Part shown: piece after piece, positions 1 to 7,605 of the stretch
How positions within the stretch are numbered: position 1 is the stretch's first letter
Layout of the letters: every line of letters starts with the position of its first letter
Assembly: GCA_039630345.1 (NCBI GenBank)
Contig: JBCNVD010000041.1
Span: 1 to 25,271, forward strand
DNA from: Aquificaceae bacterium
GTDB lineage: Bacteria; Aquificota; Aquificia; Aquificales; Aquificaceae
DNA: 25,271 nt
Direction: 5' to 3'
Position numbers and translations under genes: made by a program
Notes under the pieces: generated by a model
Databases searched by the model: none
What the model was told of the DNA's origin: nothing
What the model saw: the letters and a program-made list of their open reading frames with translations, nothing else

Positions 1-1
1 G

Positions 2-463
2 GCTGGCCGGCCGCTCACCGGTTCGGAGCTGGCCCAGCGCCTGGGGACCAGCCGGCAGGTTATCGTTCAGGACATGGCCGTGCTGCGGGCGGCGGGGGTG
101 GAGATCCTAGCAACGCCCCGGGGCTACTGCCTTCCCAGCGCCCGTCCAGCCCACCGGATGCTGGTCGCTGTCCGCCATACCCCGGATCAGACGGAGGATG
201 AGCTGACGCTTCTGGTGGATCTGGGAGTTGAGGTGGTAGATGTGATCGTGGAGCACGCGATCTACGGAGAACTGCGGGGAAGCCTGCACATCGCCTCTCG
301 GGAGGATGTCCGTCAGTTCATGGAAGCCCTGCGGCGCACAGGGGCTCGGCTGCTGAGCGAGCTGACTGACGGATTGCATCTCCACACCCTGGAGGCGCGG
401 AATCCGGAGATCCTGGAACGGGCGCGGGAGGCGCTACGGCAACGAGGGTATCTGGTGGAATAA
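2..463 (+). CDS. niaR: NiaR (YrxA)-family niacin-responsive transcriptional repressor, HTH plus 3H domain; 5' end cut off by the window edge
   Basis: The frame is open from base 2 (AGRPLTGSELAQRLGTSRQVIVQDMAVLR), which is the NiaR HTH signature SRQVIVQD. The C-terminal 3H domain has His residues in VRH, VEHAIYG and GLHLHTL. It sits next to an MFS transporter. Confidence 0.88.
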   Translation, partial: AGRPLTGSELAQRLGTSRQVIVQDMAVLRAAGVEILATPRGYCLPSARPAHRMLVAVRHTPDQTEDELTLLVDLGVEVVDVIVEHAIYGELRGSLHIASREDVRQFMEALRRTGARLLSELTDGLHLHTLEARNPEILERAREALRQRGYLVE

Positions 464-471
464 GGCCAGGC

Positions 472-656
472 GGGCAGAGTTGCTCCGGGTGGCTCTACCC
501 TCCGAAGTCGTGCCTTCGATAGGTGGCCACGCCCGCCGGAAAGGGGAAGGGCACCGTGCACGGTGCCCCTCCCCTTTCCGAGGCCCTTGGGTCTCGGGGG
601 GCGGGGATGAGAGGGGGAATTGACCCTGCATTCCGGGTGAGGCAATGCCTCGCCCG
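472..656. repeat. Cluster of GC-rich REP-like palindromes
   Basis: Hairpins at 472-500, 537-580 (44-bp palindrome with 1 mismatch), 578-597 and 634-656. The minus strand of 472-500 reads GG-GTAG-AGCCACCCGG, like a GTAG-family REP. Confidence 0.6.
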
Positions 657-687
657 CGCTTCGAAACCAAACCCAGAGGGGGCTCCC

Positions 688-2019
688 GTGGCTACTTTAA
701 CGCTGACCTTCGAGGAAGCCATCGATCGGGTGGGCCTGGGCCGGTTTCAATACAAGCTGATGGCGATCTGCGGCGCCGGATGGGCGGCGGATGCCATGGA
801 GGTCCTGCTGATCTCCTTTGCGCTGCCGGCCATCCGGCAGGAGTGGGGGCTGACGACAGCCCAGGCGGGCCTGCTGGGCACGGCCATCTTCCTGGGGATG
901 CTGGCCGGGGCCTGGTTCTGGGGGACGCTTTCCGATCGCATCGGTCGCAAGCTCGGCTTCATCCTGACGGTGCTGATCGACTCCGGCTTCGGTCTGCTCT
1001 CCGCCTTCTCGCCGAACTTCGCAACCCTGATCCTCCTGCGAGCGCTGACCGGCTTCGGCGTGGGCGGCACGTTGCCGGTGGACTATGCGATCTTCGCGGA
1101 GTATCTGCCGCGCCAGAAGCGAGGACGTTACCTGGTTTATCTGGAGGCCTTCTGGGCGCTGGGAGCGCTGATGGCGGCGGGGCTGGCCTGGCTCATCGTG
1201 CCGCGAGTGGGATGGCGGCCTCTCCTGGCGATCTCCGCCCTGCCGGGCCTCATCGTTTTCTGGATCCGTCGATATGTCCCGGAATCCCCACGCTTCCTCC
1301 TGGTCCACGGCCGCGAGGAAGAGGCCCGCGCCGTTCTGGCTCAGGTTGCCCGGGAGAACGGCGCCTCGCTTCCGGAAGGAATCCGACTGATGGCACCATC
1401 GGCGCCGCGGGTCACGGTGGGGGACCTGTGGCGCCGTCCTTACACCCGAACGACGGCGCTGTTATGGTTGATCTGGTTTGGGATCTCCTTGGGCTACTAT
1501 GGGGTCTTCACCTGGCTGCCCAGCCTGTTCGTCCAGCGCGGACTGACCTTCCTTCGCTCCTATGAATACATCTTCCTTCTGACCCTGGCCCAGCTTCCGG
1601 GCTATTTCTCGGCCGCCTATCTGGTGGAGCGGATCGGTCGGCGGATGACCCTGGGGCTGTATCTGATCGCCAGTGGGGTCTTCACCTATCTGTTCGCGGC
1701 GGCGGTCTCCCTGCCCGCCTATGTGGCGGCAGCGATCTGGATGTCATTCTTCGCCCTGGGAGCCTGGGGGGCTCTCTATGCGTATACGCCGGAGGCATAT
1801 CCCACCCAGCTGCGCACGACCGGCATGGGCGCGGCCAGCGGGATGACCCGGATCGCTGGGGCGCTCGCGCCCACCCTCGGGGGATACCTGCTAGGGGTCT
1901 CCATGCCGCTGGCCCTGACCGTCTTCGCCGCCGCGTATGGGATCTCGGGGCTGGCGGCCTTATCGCTGCCCTACGAAACGAAAGGCCGGCCGCTGGCGGA
2001 CGTGGTAGGGGAAGTATAG
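688..2019 (+). CDS. niaP: MFS transporter, probable NiaP-type niacin/nicotinamide uptake permease
   Basis: MFS motif A variants (GTLSDRIGRK, LVERIGRR), PESPRFL, many hydrophobic helices and a C-terminal PYETKG. The likely start is GTG 688 after AGAGGGGG. The substrate is inferred from the adjacent niaR. Confidence 0.75.
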   Translation: MATLTLTFEEAIDRVGLGRFQYKLMAICGAGWAADAMEVLLISFALPAIRQEWGLTTAQAGLLGTAIFLGMLAGAWFWGTLSDRIGRKLGFILTVLIDSGFGLLSAFSPNFATLILLRALTGFGVGGTLPVDYAIFAEYLPRQKRGRYLVYLEAFWALGALMAAGLAWLIVPRVGWRPLLAISALPGLIVFWIRRYVPESPRFLLVHGREEEARAVLAQVARENGASLPEGIRLMAPSAPRVTVGDLWRRPYTRTTALLWLIWFGISLGYYGVFTWLPSLFVQRGLTFLRSYEYIFLLTLAQLPGYFSAAYLVERIGRRMTLGLYLIASGVFTYLFAAAVSLPAYVAAAIWMSFFALGAWGALYAYTPEAYPTQLRTTGMGAASGMTRIAGALAPTLGGYLLGVSMPLALTVFAAAYGISGLAALSLPYETKGRPLADVVGEV

Positions 2020-2042
2020 GGGTGGGGCCAGGGCCGATGGGC

Positions 2043-2073
2043 TTGACAAACCCTTCCGGCCATGTTAGATATT
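2043..2073 (+). promoter_or_regulatory. Sigma70-type promoter for the tRNA pair
   Basis: Perfect TTGACA at 2043-2048 and an AT-rich TGTTAGATATT -10 region just upstream of tRNA-Phe. The exact -10 register is uncertain. Confidence 0.6.
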
Positions 2074-2083
2074 AAAGTGGATT

Positions 2084-2156
2084 GCCGAGATAGCTCAGTT
2101 GGTAGAGCACCCGGCTGAAAACCGGGGGGTCGGCGGTTCGATTCCGCCTCTCGGCA
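2084..2156 (+). tRNA. tRNA-Phe(GAA), CCA not encoded
   Basis: Cloverleaf: acceptor GCCGAGA/TCTCGGC, anticodon arm CCCGG-CTGAAAA-CCGGG, T arm GGCGG-TTCGATT-CCGCC. Confidence 0.97.
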
Positions 2157-2160
2157 CTGC

Positions 2161-2233
2161 GCGGGCGTAGCTCAGACGGTGGAGCGCCTCCCTGCCATGG
2201 AGGAGGTCGCGGGTTCGAGTCCCGTCGCCCGCT
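2161..2233 (+). tRNA. tRNA-Gly(GCC), CCA not encoded
   Basis: Acceptor GCGGGCG/CGCCCGC with discriminator T, anticodon arm CCTCC-CTGCCAT-GGAGG, T arm GCGGG-TTCGAGT-CCCGT. Confidence 0.95.
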
Positions 2234-2253
2234 TTTGGCTTATAATCTACTTT

Positions 2254-2721
2254 GTGCTTGAGGTAAATCAGTTAGCTCCTGAGTTTTGTCTTGAAGGTGT
2301 TTCCCCGCAGGGGGAAGTAAGGGTTTGCTCAAAAGACCTAAAAGGCAAGGCTTATGTCATTTACTTTTACCCAAAAGACGACACGCCCGGTTGCACCACA
2401 GAAGCCTGCGACTTTAGAGACCATCTTCAAGCCATAGGCATTGATATCTACGGAGTAAGCCCCGATAGCATAGAGTCTCACAAAAAGTTTATGCAAAAAT
2501 ACGGTCTTAACTTTACATTGCTTTCAGACCCGGATTTTAAAGTTGCCAAAGCCTTTGGTGCATATGGCAAGAAAAAACTATACGGAAAAGAGAGCGAAGG
2601 GATAATAAGGAGCACCTTTGTTATTGACAAAGAGGGTAAGATAGCCATCGCTCTATACAATGTAAAAGCCAAAGGGCATGTAGAAAACCTCAGCAAAAAA
2701 ATATCTCAGCTATCTCTGTGA
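2254..2721 (+). CDS. bcp: Peroxiredoxin, BCP/PrxQ family
   Basis: YFYPKDDTPGCTTEACDFRD (PxxxTxxC with resolving Cys), GVSPD and RSTFVID motifs. The true start is probably GTG 2254; the ORF-track extension runs through the tRNA. Confidence 0.93.
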   Translation: MLEVNQLAPEFCLEGVSPQGEVRVCSKDLKGKAYVIYFYPKDDTPGCTTEACDFRDHLQAIGIDIYGVSPDSIESHKKFMQKYGLNFTLLSDPDFKVAKAFGAYGKKKLYGKESEGIIRSTFVIDKEGKIAIALYNVKAKGHVENLSKKISQLSL

Positions 2722-4055
2722 ATAGAGAGCTCTTAAGAATCTGGGACAATGAGCATTTTTGGCATCCTTTTACTCAGATGCAGGTTTATTCTCAGGAAGA
2801 TAACCTGATTTTTGAAAGGGGCGAGGGTGTTTATCTATATGACATAGAGGGAAGAAAATACATAGACGCGATATCTTCGCTCTGGTGCAATGTTCATGGG
2901 CATAACCATCCTCACATAAACAGGGCTATAATCGAACAGCTTTCAAAAGTTGCGCACACGACGACCCTAGGTAGCTCTAACATCCCTGCCATAATGCTTT
3001 CTAAAAAACTCTGCGAGATAGCTCCAGAGGGACTTACCAAGGTCTTTTACAGTGAAGATGGCTCCGAGGCGGTTGAAGTTGCCATAAAGATGGCCTATCA
3101 ATACTGGAAACACAAAGGCGAGGATAGGCGAGGCTTTATAAGCTTCGACGGGGCATATCATGGCGATACCCTTGGCGCCGTAAGCGTTGGGGGCATAGGA
3201 CTCTTTCACGAAGCCTTTAGAGACCTCATTTTTAAAGTTCACAGACTGCCTTCGCCTTACCTTTTTTGCAAAGAAAATAAACTCGAAGACTCTAAATGCG
3301 TGGATGTGCTCGTAGAGCTCTTAAGGAGAGTAATAGAAGAAAGTCAGGAAGGGATAGTTGCAACAATTATGGAAGGGGGCATTCAGGGGGCTGCAGGTAT
3401 GCTTCCATATCCAAAGGGGCTTTTGAAGAAGGTTTCTGATCTTTGCAAAGAGAAAAATGTGCTGTTGATAGTTGACGAGGTTGCCACGGGCTTTGGAAGA
3501 ACCGGAAGCATGTTCTATTGCGAGCAGGAATCTGTCAGCCCCGATTTTCTATGCCTTGGGAAAGGTCTAAGCGGGGGTTATTTACCCCTTGCCGCAACTT
3601 TAACCAAAGATGAGGTCTTTGAAGCGTTTCTTGGTGAATTTGGTCAAAAGCGTCAGTTTTACCATGGGCATACATACACAGGCAACAACCTCGGATGCGC
3701 CGCAGCACTTGCAAGCCTTGAGGTTTTTGAAAAGGAAAACACTTTAAGTTATCTTCCGGAAAAGATAGAGTTTCTAAAAGAGCTCCTTAAAGAGCTCTCA
3801 GGGCTTAAGTATGTATGGGACATAAGGAGACTTGGGTTTATGGCAGGCATAGAGCTAAGGCAAGAAGGCGGTGAGGCTTTTGATTATGGAATGAGGGTGG
3901 GATTTAAAGTAGCGCGCGCTTGCAGGGACATGGGGGTTTTCCTAAGACCACTTGGGGATACGATGGTTATTATGTTGCCACTTTGTGCAGATAAAGAGCA
4001 CATACATGAGACAGTCCATACCCTAAAGCTCGCAATAGAAAATCTCAGTATCTGA
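2718..4055 (+). CDS. bioA: Adenosylmethionine-8-amino-7-oxononanoate aminotransferase
   Basis: WHPFTQM, SSLWCNVHGH, YHGDT, DEVATGFGRTG, the PLP lysine in LGKGLSGGYLP, and HGHTYTGN. Confidence 0.95.
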   Translation: MNRELLRIWDNEHFWHPFTQMQVYSQEDNLIFERGEGVYLYDIEGRKYIDAISSLWCNVHGHNHPHINRAIIEQLSKVAHTTTLGSSNIPAIMLSKKLCEIAPEGLTKVFYSEDGSEAVEVAIKMAYQYWKHKGEDRRGFISFDGAYHGDTLGAVSVGGIGLFHEAFRDLIFKVHRLPSPYLFCKENKLEDSKCVDVLVELLRRVIEESQEGIVATIMEGGIQGAAGMLPYPKGLLKKVSDLCKEKNVLLIVDEVATGFGRTGSMFYCEQESVSPDFLCLGKGLSGGYLPLAATLTKDEVFEAFLGEFGQKRQFYHGHTYTGNNLGCAAALASLEVFEKENTLSYLPEKIEFLKELLKELSGLKYVWDIRRLGFMAGIELRQEGGEAFDYGMRVGFKVARACRDMGVFLRPLGDTMVIMLPLCADKEHIHETVHTLKLAIENLSI

Positions 4056-4242
4056 CAGTTTTATGAGAGGGTATCCCAAAGGTGCTGAAGAGGTATTTAA
4101 AAGAAGTGGCAGGGAAAAATTTCAGGGTTAAAATTTCTAAAATGCCTTTGGAAGTCTATAAAGGTTAGTTAAAATACTCTTTAGCTAACCTGATGTAAAA
4201 CAAACAGCTCTCAAAACCTCATAAATTTAGAGGAATGTAGCT

Positions 4243-5415
4243 ATGAGAGAGTTTTTACTTTACATTGAAAGGCTTGATAGAATAGCTTTTCAGCTTTTCA
4301 GACAGTTTTACATAGAAGAAACTGCCAACAATGTCCTGATTATTACCCCTTCCCTTGACTATAAAAGGTGGGTGCTGGAATACATATCAAAAAGACTTCA
4401 GGCATACACCAAAACAATAACCGTAAAATCTCAGGAAGAAGTAAACAAAAAAGACACAGGAGTTTTGGACAAATTTAGATTTGAAAACTTTATAGTAGGT
4501 AGCGGGACAAAAATTGCCTACGAGACATGCTATAAACTTACTCAAAATCCACAGGGAGAGGTCGTTTATATCTATGGTCCCACAGGCAGTGGCAAGACCC
4601 ATCTTTTGCATGCTATTGGCAACTCATTAACTCTTAATGGCTTTTCTGTGAGGCTCTTTTCCGGGCTTGACTTTTATGAACAGATGGTAAAGCATGTGAA
4701 AGCCGGGGAAATAGACAAATTCAGAGCTACTTTTTCAAAAACTCAGGCATTATTAATAGATGATGTTCAGCTTCTAAGCGGTAAATCAAAAACTCAGATT
4801 GAGCTCTTGATGCTTATTGATAACTTTACAAAATATAAAAGACCCGTGGTTTTAACATCTGATTGTCATCCGTCTGAAATAAGAGACATTTCAGATAAGT
4901 TAATTAGCAGGTTTTCAGGAGGATTTTTGTTTGAGATATTTCTTGACGAGAGTGCAAAAAGAAAGCTCATAGAGCAAAAACTCATAGAAGCGGGGCTTGA
5001 GCCAAAAGAGCCTTATATACAGCATGTGTTTGACAACACCGCCTTTAACGCAATACAGATCGAGGGCTTTATAAGAACACTCAAATTAACCGGCATAAGA
5101 GCAGTGCCACAGCTCAATCAAAGACTCAGAAACACCCTATCACAGATTGCAAAATTTTTTGGACTTGGGATGGAAGAACTCCTTGGCGCTTCGCGCGAAA
5201 GAAGAGTCAGCAAAGCAAGGCTTGTGACTGTTTATTTGCTAAGGCATTTGCTTGGGCTTTCTCATCAGGAAATATCAAGTCTCTTTGGCAAAAAGGGACA
5301 CACATGGGCGGTAAACTCATTAAAGAGACTGGAGATGAGAAAAAAACTCGATAAACAACTCGCATACACCATCGAGGTTCTTGAGAAAACCCTGGCAAAA
5401 AAAGGCGCTATATGA
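4243..5415 (+). CDS. dnaA: Chromosomal replication initiator DnaA (divergent motifs)
   Basis: FENFIVG, Walker A GPTGSGKT, Walker B LLIDDVQ, box VII LISRF and a C-terminal domain IV-like region. SD GAGGA upstream. Confidence 0.9.
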   Translation: MREFLLYIERLDRIAFQLFRQFYIEETANNVLIITPSLDYKRWVLEYISKRLQAYTKTITVKSQEEVNKKDTGVLDKFRFENFIVGSGTKIAYETCYKLTQNPQGEVVYIYGPTGSGKTHLLHAIGNSLTLNGFSVRLFSGLDFYEQMVKHVKAGEIDKFRATFSKTQALLIDDVQLLSGKSKTQIELLMLIDNFTKYKRPVVLTSDCHPSEIRDISDKLISRFSGGFLFEIFLDESAKRKLIEQKLIEAGLEPKEPYIQHVFDNTAFNAIQIEGFIRTLKLTGIRAVPQLNQRLRNTLSQIAKFFGLGMEELLGASRERRVSKARLVTVYLLRHLLGLSHQEISSLFGKKGHTWAVNSLKRLEMRKKLDKQLAYTIEVLEKTLAKKGAI

Positions 5416-6905
5416 TATCCGCCTTGAGAATAGAGAAGTTTTTAATATTTCAAAATCAGGAACTTTATTTTGACAAAGGTCTTAATGTAATCACAGGCGA
5501 GAGTGGAAGCGGAAAATCAATCTTTTTAAGTAGCATAGCTTTTCTTATGGGGGAAGACAGAAAAAGTCCCTCTGAGGCTTTGGTTGAAGCAACCCTTTTA
5601 AAAGATGGAGAAGAAATAAAAATCAAAAGAGAAGTGCGCTCAGGAAAGTCAAGATTTTACATAAAAGATAAACTTAGCTCAAAAAAGGCAATCAAGGAAG
5701 TCTTTTCAAAGGTGTTTTTCCACGGGCAACACGATAAAATAAAGCTAACTAGGCAGGACTTTCAGACAGAAATATTTGACAGTTTTGCCAAAACTTCGCA
5801 TCTTAGACTAAAGTTAAATCAGCTAAAGAGGGAACAATCAACATTAGAGAGCAAAATATCTGAGTTAAAACTGCTTGAGGCACAAAGACCGGTTCTTGAA
5901 AAAGCCCTGCGCGAAGAGATAGCTCAGATAGAATCCTGTGATTTAACCCCAGAGACTTACAATCTGGCAAGGCTGAGACTGGAAGAGCTATCAAGTCTGG
6001 AGGAGCAAAACAGAGACCTTGGCACGGCTCTTGAGATTATCTCAGGTCTTAAGCAGGGACTTAAGAAATTAATCAGCACACTTAAAAACCACGAAGAAAT
6101 AAATAGCATAGAAGAAATGCTGGATAAACTAAGCGAAATCTATAGCTCAATTTCAAAAAAGATAGTTAGCATCTCTCAGGAAGAGATTGAAGAGCTAAAT
6201 CAGAAAATCTTTAAAGCCCAGAGTCTCGCAAGGCGATATAAAATGGACTTTGATAAGGTATTTGAGCATCTTAAAAAACTAAAAGACCAGCTAAATGAAA
6301 TTGAATCTATTGAAATAAAGCTAAGTAAGATCGAAGAAGCTCTAAAGAGTGTAGAATCTCTTATAAAACAAACTCAAGAAAACTTAATAAAAGAGATACA
6401 CAGCAAAAAACCTTCTTTTTGTCAGAAAATAGCAGAGGTTCTAAGCACTGTTGGATTAGGGAGTAAGGCTCTTTATTTAGAACTCTCTGAAGAGGGGATA
6501 CCGGTGTTTTTGTTTGGCTCTGAAGATGGGAATTTAATACCTCTAAAGGAGGTCTCTGGCGGGGAACTATCCAGAATATCGCTGGCGGTTTTTATAGTTG
6601 CGGGAGAAGAGGGAACTTACATCCTTGACGAGGTTGACGCAGGTCTTAGCGGCGATAGCGCCTACAAAATGGCAGGGTTTATAAAAGAGCTCTCAAAAAA
6701 GATGCAGGTAATAGCAGTCACTCACTCACCGATTCTTGCAGGTTTTGCGGATAGACACTTTAAAACCTACAAAGACAATTCCGGGGCTTACTTAAAAGAC
6801 ATAACAGATGATAGACTTGAGGAAATTGCAAGGCTTATGGGACTTAGAGGAGAGTCGGCGCTTGATAGCGCAAGGGCAATTTTTGAGCTCGTTAATAGAA
6901 ACTGA
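5412..6905 (+). CDS. recN: DNA repair protein RecN (SMC-like)
   Basis: GLNVITGESGSGKS, FHGQHD, a long coiled coil, SGGELSR signature, LDEVDAG and AVTHSP. Confidence 0.9.
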   Translation: MISALRIEKFLIFQNQELYFDKGLNVITGESGSGKSIFLSSIAFLMGEDRKSPSEALVEATLLKDGEEIKIKREVRSGKSRFYIKDKLSSKKAIKEVFSKVFFHGQHDKIKLTRQDFQTEIFDSFAKTSHLRLKLNQLKREQSTLESKISELKLLEAQRPVLEKALREEIAQIESCDLTPETYNLARLRLEELSSLEEQNRDLGTALEIISGLKQGLKKLISTLKNHEEINSIEEMLDKLSEIYSSISKKIVSISQEEIEELNQKIFKAQSLARRYKMDFDKVFEHLKKLKDQLNEIESIEIKLSKIEEALKSVESLIKQTQENLIKEIHSKKPSFCQKIAEVLSTVGLGSKALYLELSEEGIPVFLFGSEDGNLIPLKEVSGGELSRISLAVFIVAGEEGTYILDEVDAGLSGDSAYKMAGFIKELSKKMQVIAVTHSPILAGFADRHFKTYKDNSGAYLKDITDDRLEEIARLMGLRGESALDSARAIFELVNRN

Positions 6906-7512
6906 GGTAAAATTTAGGATTTTTGAGTTTGAAAAACTTGGAAAAGAGGGAAAGGTAAGGTTTAACTTCAGAAAACTATTGGGGATAGAATACGAGGCGG
7001 ATATATTTTCTGAGCTTTGCTTTTGCATATTGACTGCGGGTTTTTCCGCAACAAAGGCGGTTAAAATCCAGAGCGAGATAGGTATAGATGGGTTTTTTAA
7101 CTTAGATGAAGCGGAGCTTAGAGATAGACTAAAATCTCTTGGATATAGATTTCCAGATAGAGCAAAGAGGATAGTCAAAGCAAGAGAAAAGATAGAGCAG
7201 ATCCTAAAATTAATCAAAAGCAGTAAAGACTCAAAACAGATAAGACAGGAGCTTTATGATAAAAACTCCAAACTAAAAGTTGAAGGACTTGGTCCCAAAG
7301 AGGCTTCGCATTTTTTAAGAAACACAGGAAGGCTGGATGTTGCGATAGTTGATAGACATATCAGAAGATTCTTAGATCTTAACAAGATAGGGTGCAAGAA
7401 CTACTTTAGTGCAGAGAAAGCCCTTGAGGAGATTGCAAAAGATTTAAAAATAAGCCTTGGGGAGCTTGATCTGGTAATATTTTACCTGATGACAGGCGCG
7501 GTTGTAAAATAG
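6862..7512 (+). CDS. ogg: 8-oxoguanine DNA glycosylase/AP lyase (Ogg2 family)
   Basis: ELCFCILTA, HhH motif GLGPKEASHFLRN, AIVDRHI and a terminal Lys. The start is probably TTG 6862 after AGAGGAG, but this is uncertain. Confidence 0.88.
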   Translation: MIAQGQFLSSLIETEVKFRIFEFEKLGKEGKVRFNFRKLLGIEYEADIFSELCFCILTAGFSATKAVKIQSEIGIDGFFNLDEAELRDRLKSLGYRFPDRAKRIVKAREKIEQILKLIKSSKDSKQIRQELYDKNSKLKVEGLGPKEASHFLRNTGRLDVAIVDRHIRRFLDLNKIGCKNYFSAEKALEEIAKDLKISLGELDLVIFYLMTGAVVK

Positions 7513-7519
7513 CTCTGAA

Positions 7520-7593
7520 GTCCCTGTAGCTCAGCAGGATAGAGCGCGAGATTCCTAATCTCGAGGTCGGAGGTTCGAATCCTCCCAGGGACG
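7520..7593 (+). tRNA. tRNA-Arg(CCT), CCA not encoded
   Basis: Acceptor GTCCCTG/CAGGGAC, anticodon arm CGAGA-TTCCTAA-TCTCG, T arm GGAGG-TTCGAAT-CCTCC. Confidence 0.97.
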
Positions 7594-7605
7594 CACTTTT
7601 AAAAG

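Noticed and set aside
476..496. AGAGTTGCTCCG...GGCTCT loosely recalls the NAD+-II riboswitch
   Set aside because: It lacks the A-rich tail and adjacent SD pseudoknot and lies about 190 nt from the start codon. A degenerate REP hairpin explains it better.
523..687. 55-aa N-terminal extension of the MFS ORF
   Set aside because: It runs through palindromic repeats. MFS-like sequence begins at GTG 688, which has an SD-like element.
464..687. NiaR operator upstream of the transporter
   Set aside because: No TGTC..GACA-type palindrome was seen. The operator is probably upstream of niaR, outside the window.
107..1565. Overlapping alternative-frame and antisense ORFs (107-385, 313-645, 434-670, 495-722, 645-1565, 697-1308, 747-1070)
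   Set aside because: Shadow ORFs expected in high-GC DNA. They are low-complexity Arg/Gly/Pro-rich and have no recognisable motifs.
2179..2253. N-terminal extension of bcp
   Set aside because: It overlaps tRNA-Gly, so it is a translation of tRNA sequence.
4056..4242. oriC next to dnaA
   Set aside because: No canonical DnaA-box cluster or clear unwinding element, so an origin cannot be supported.
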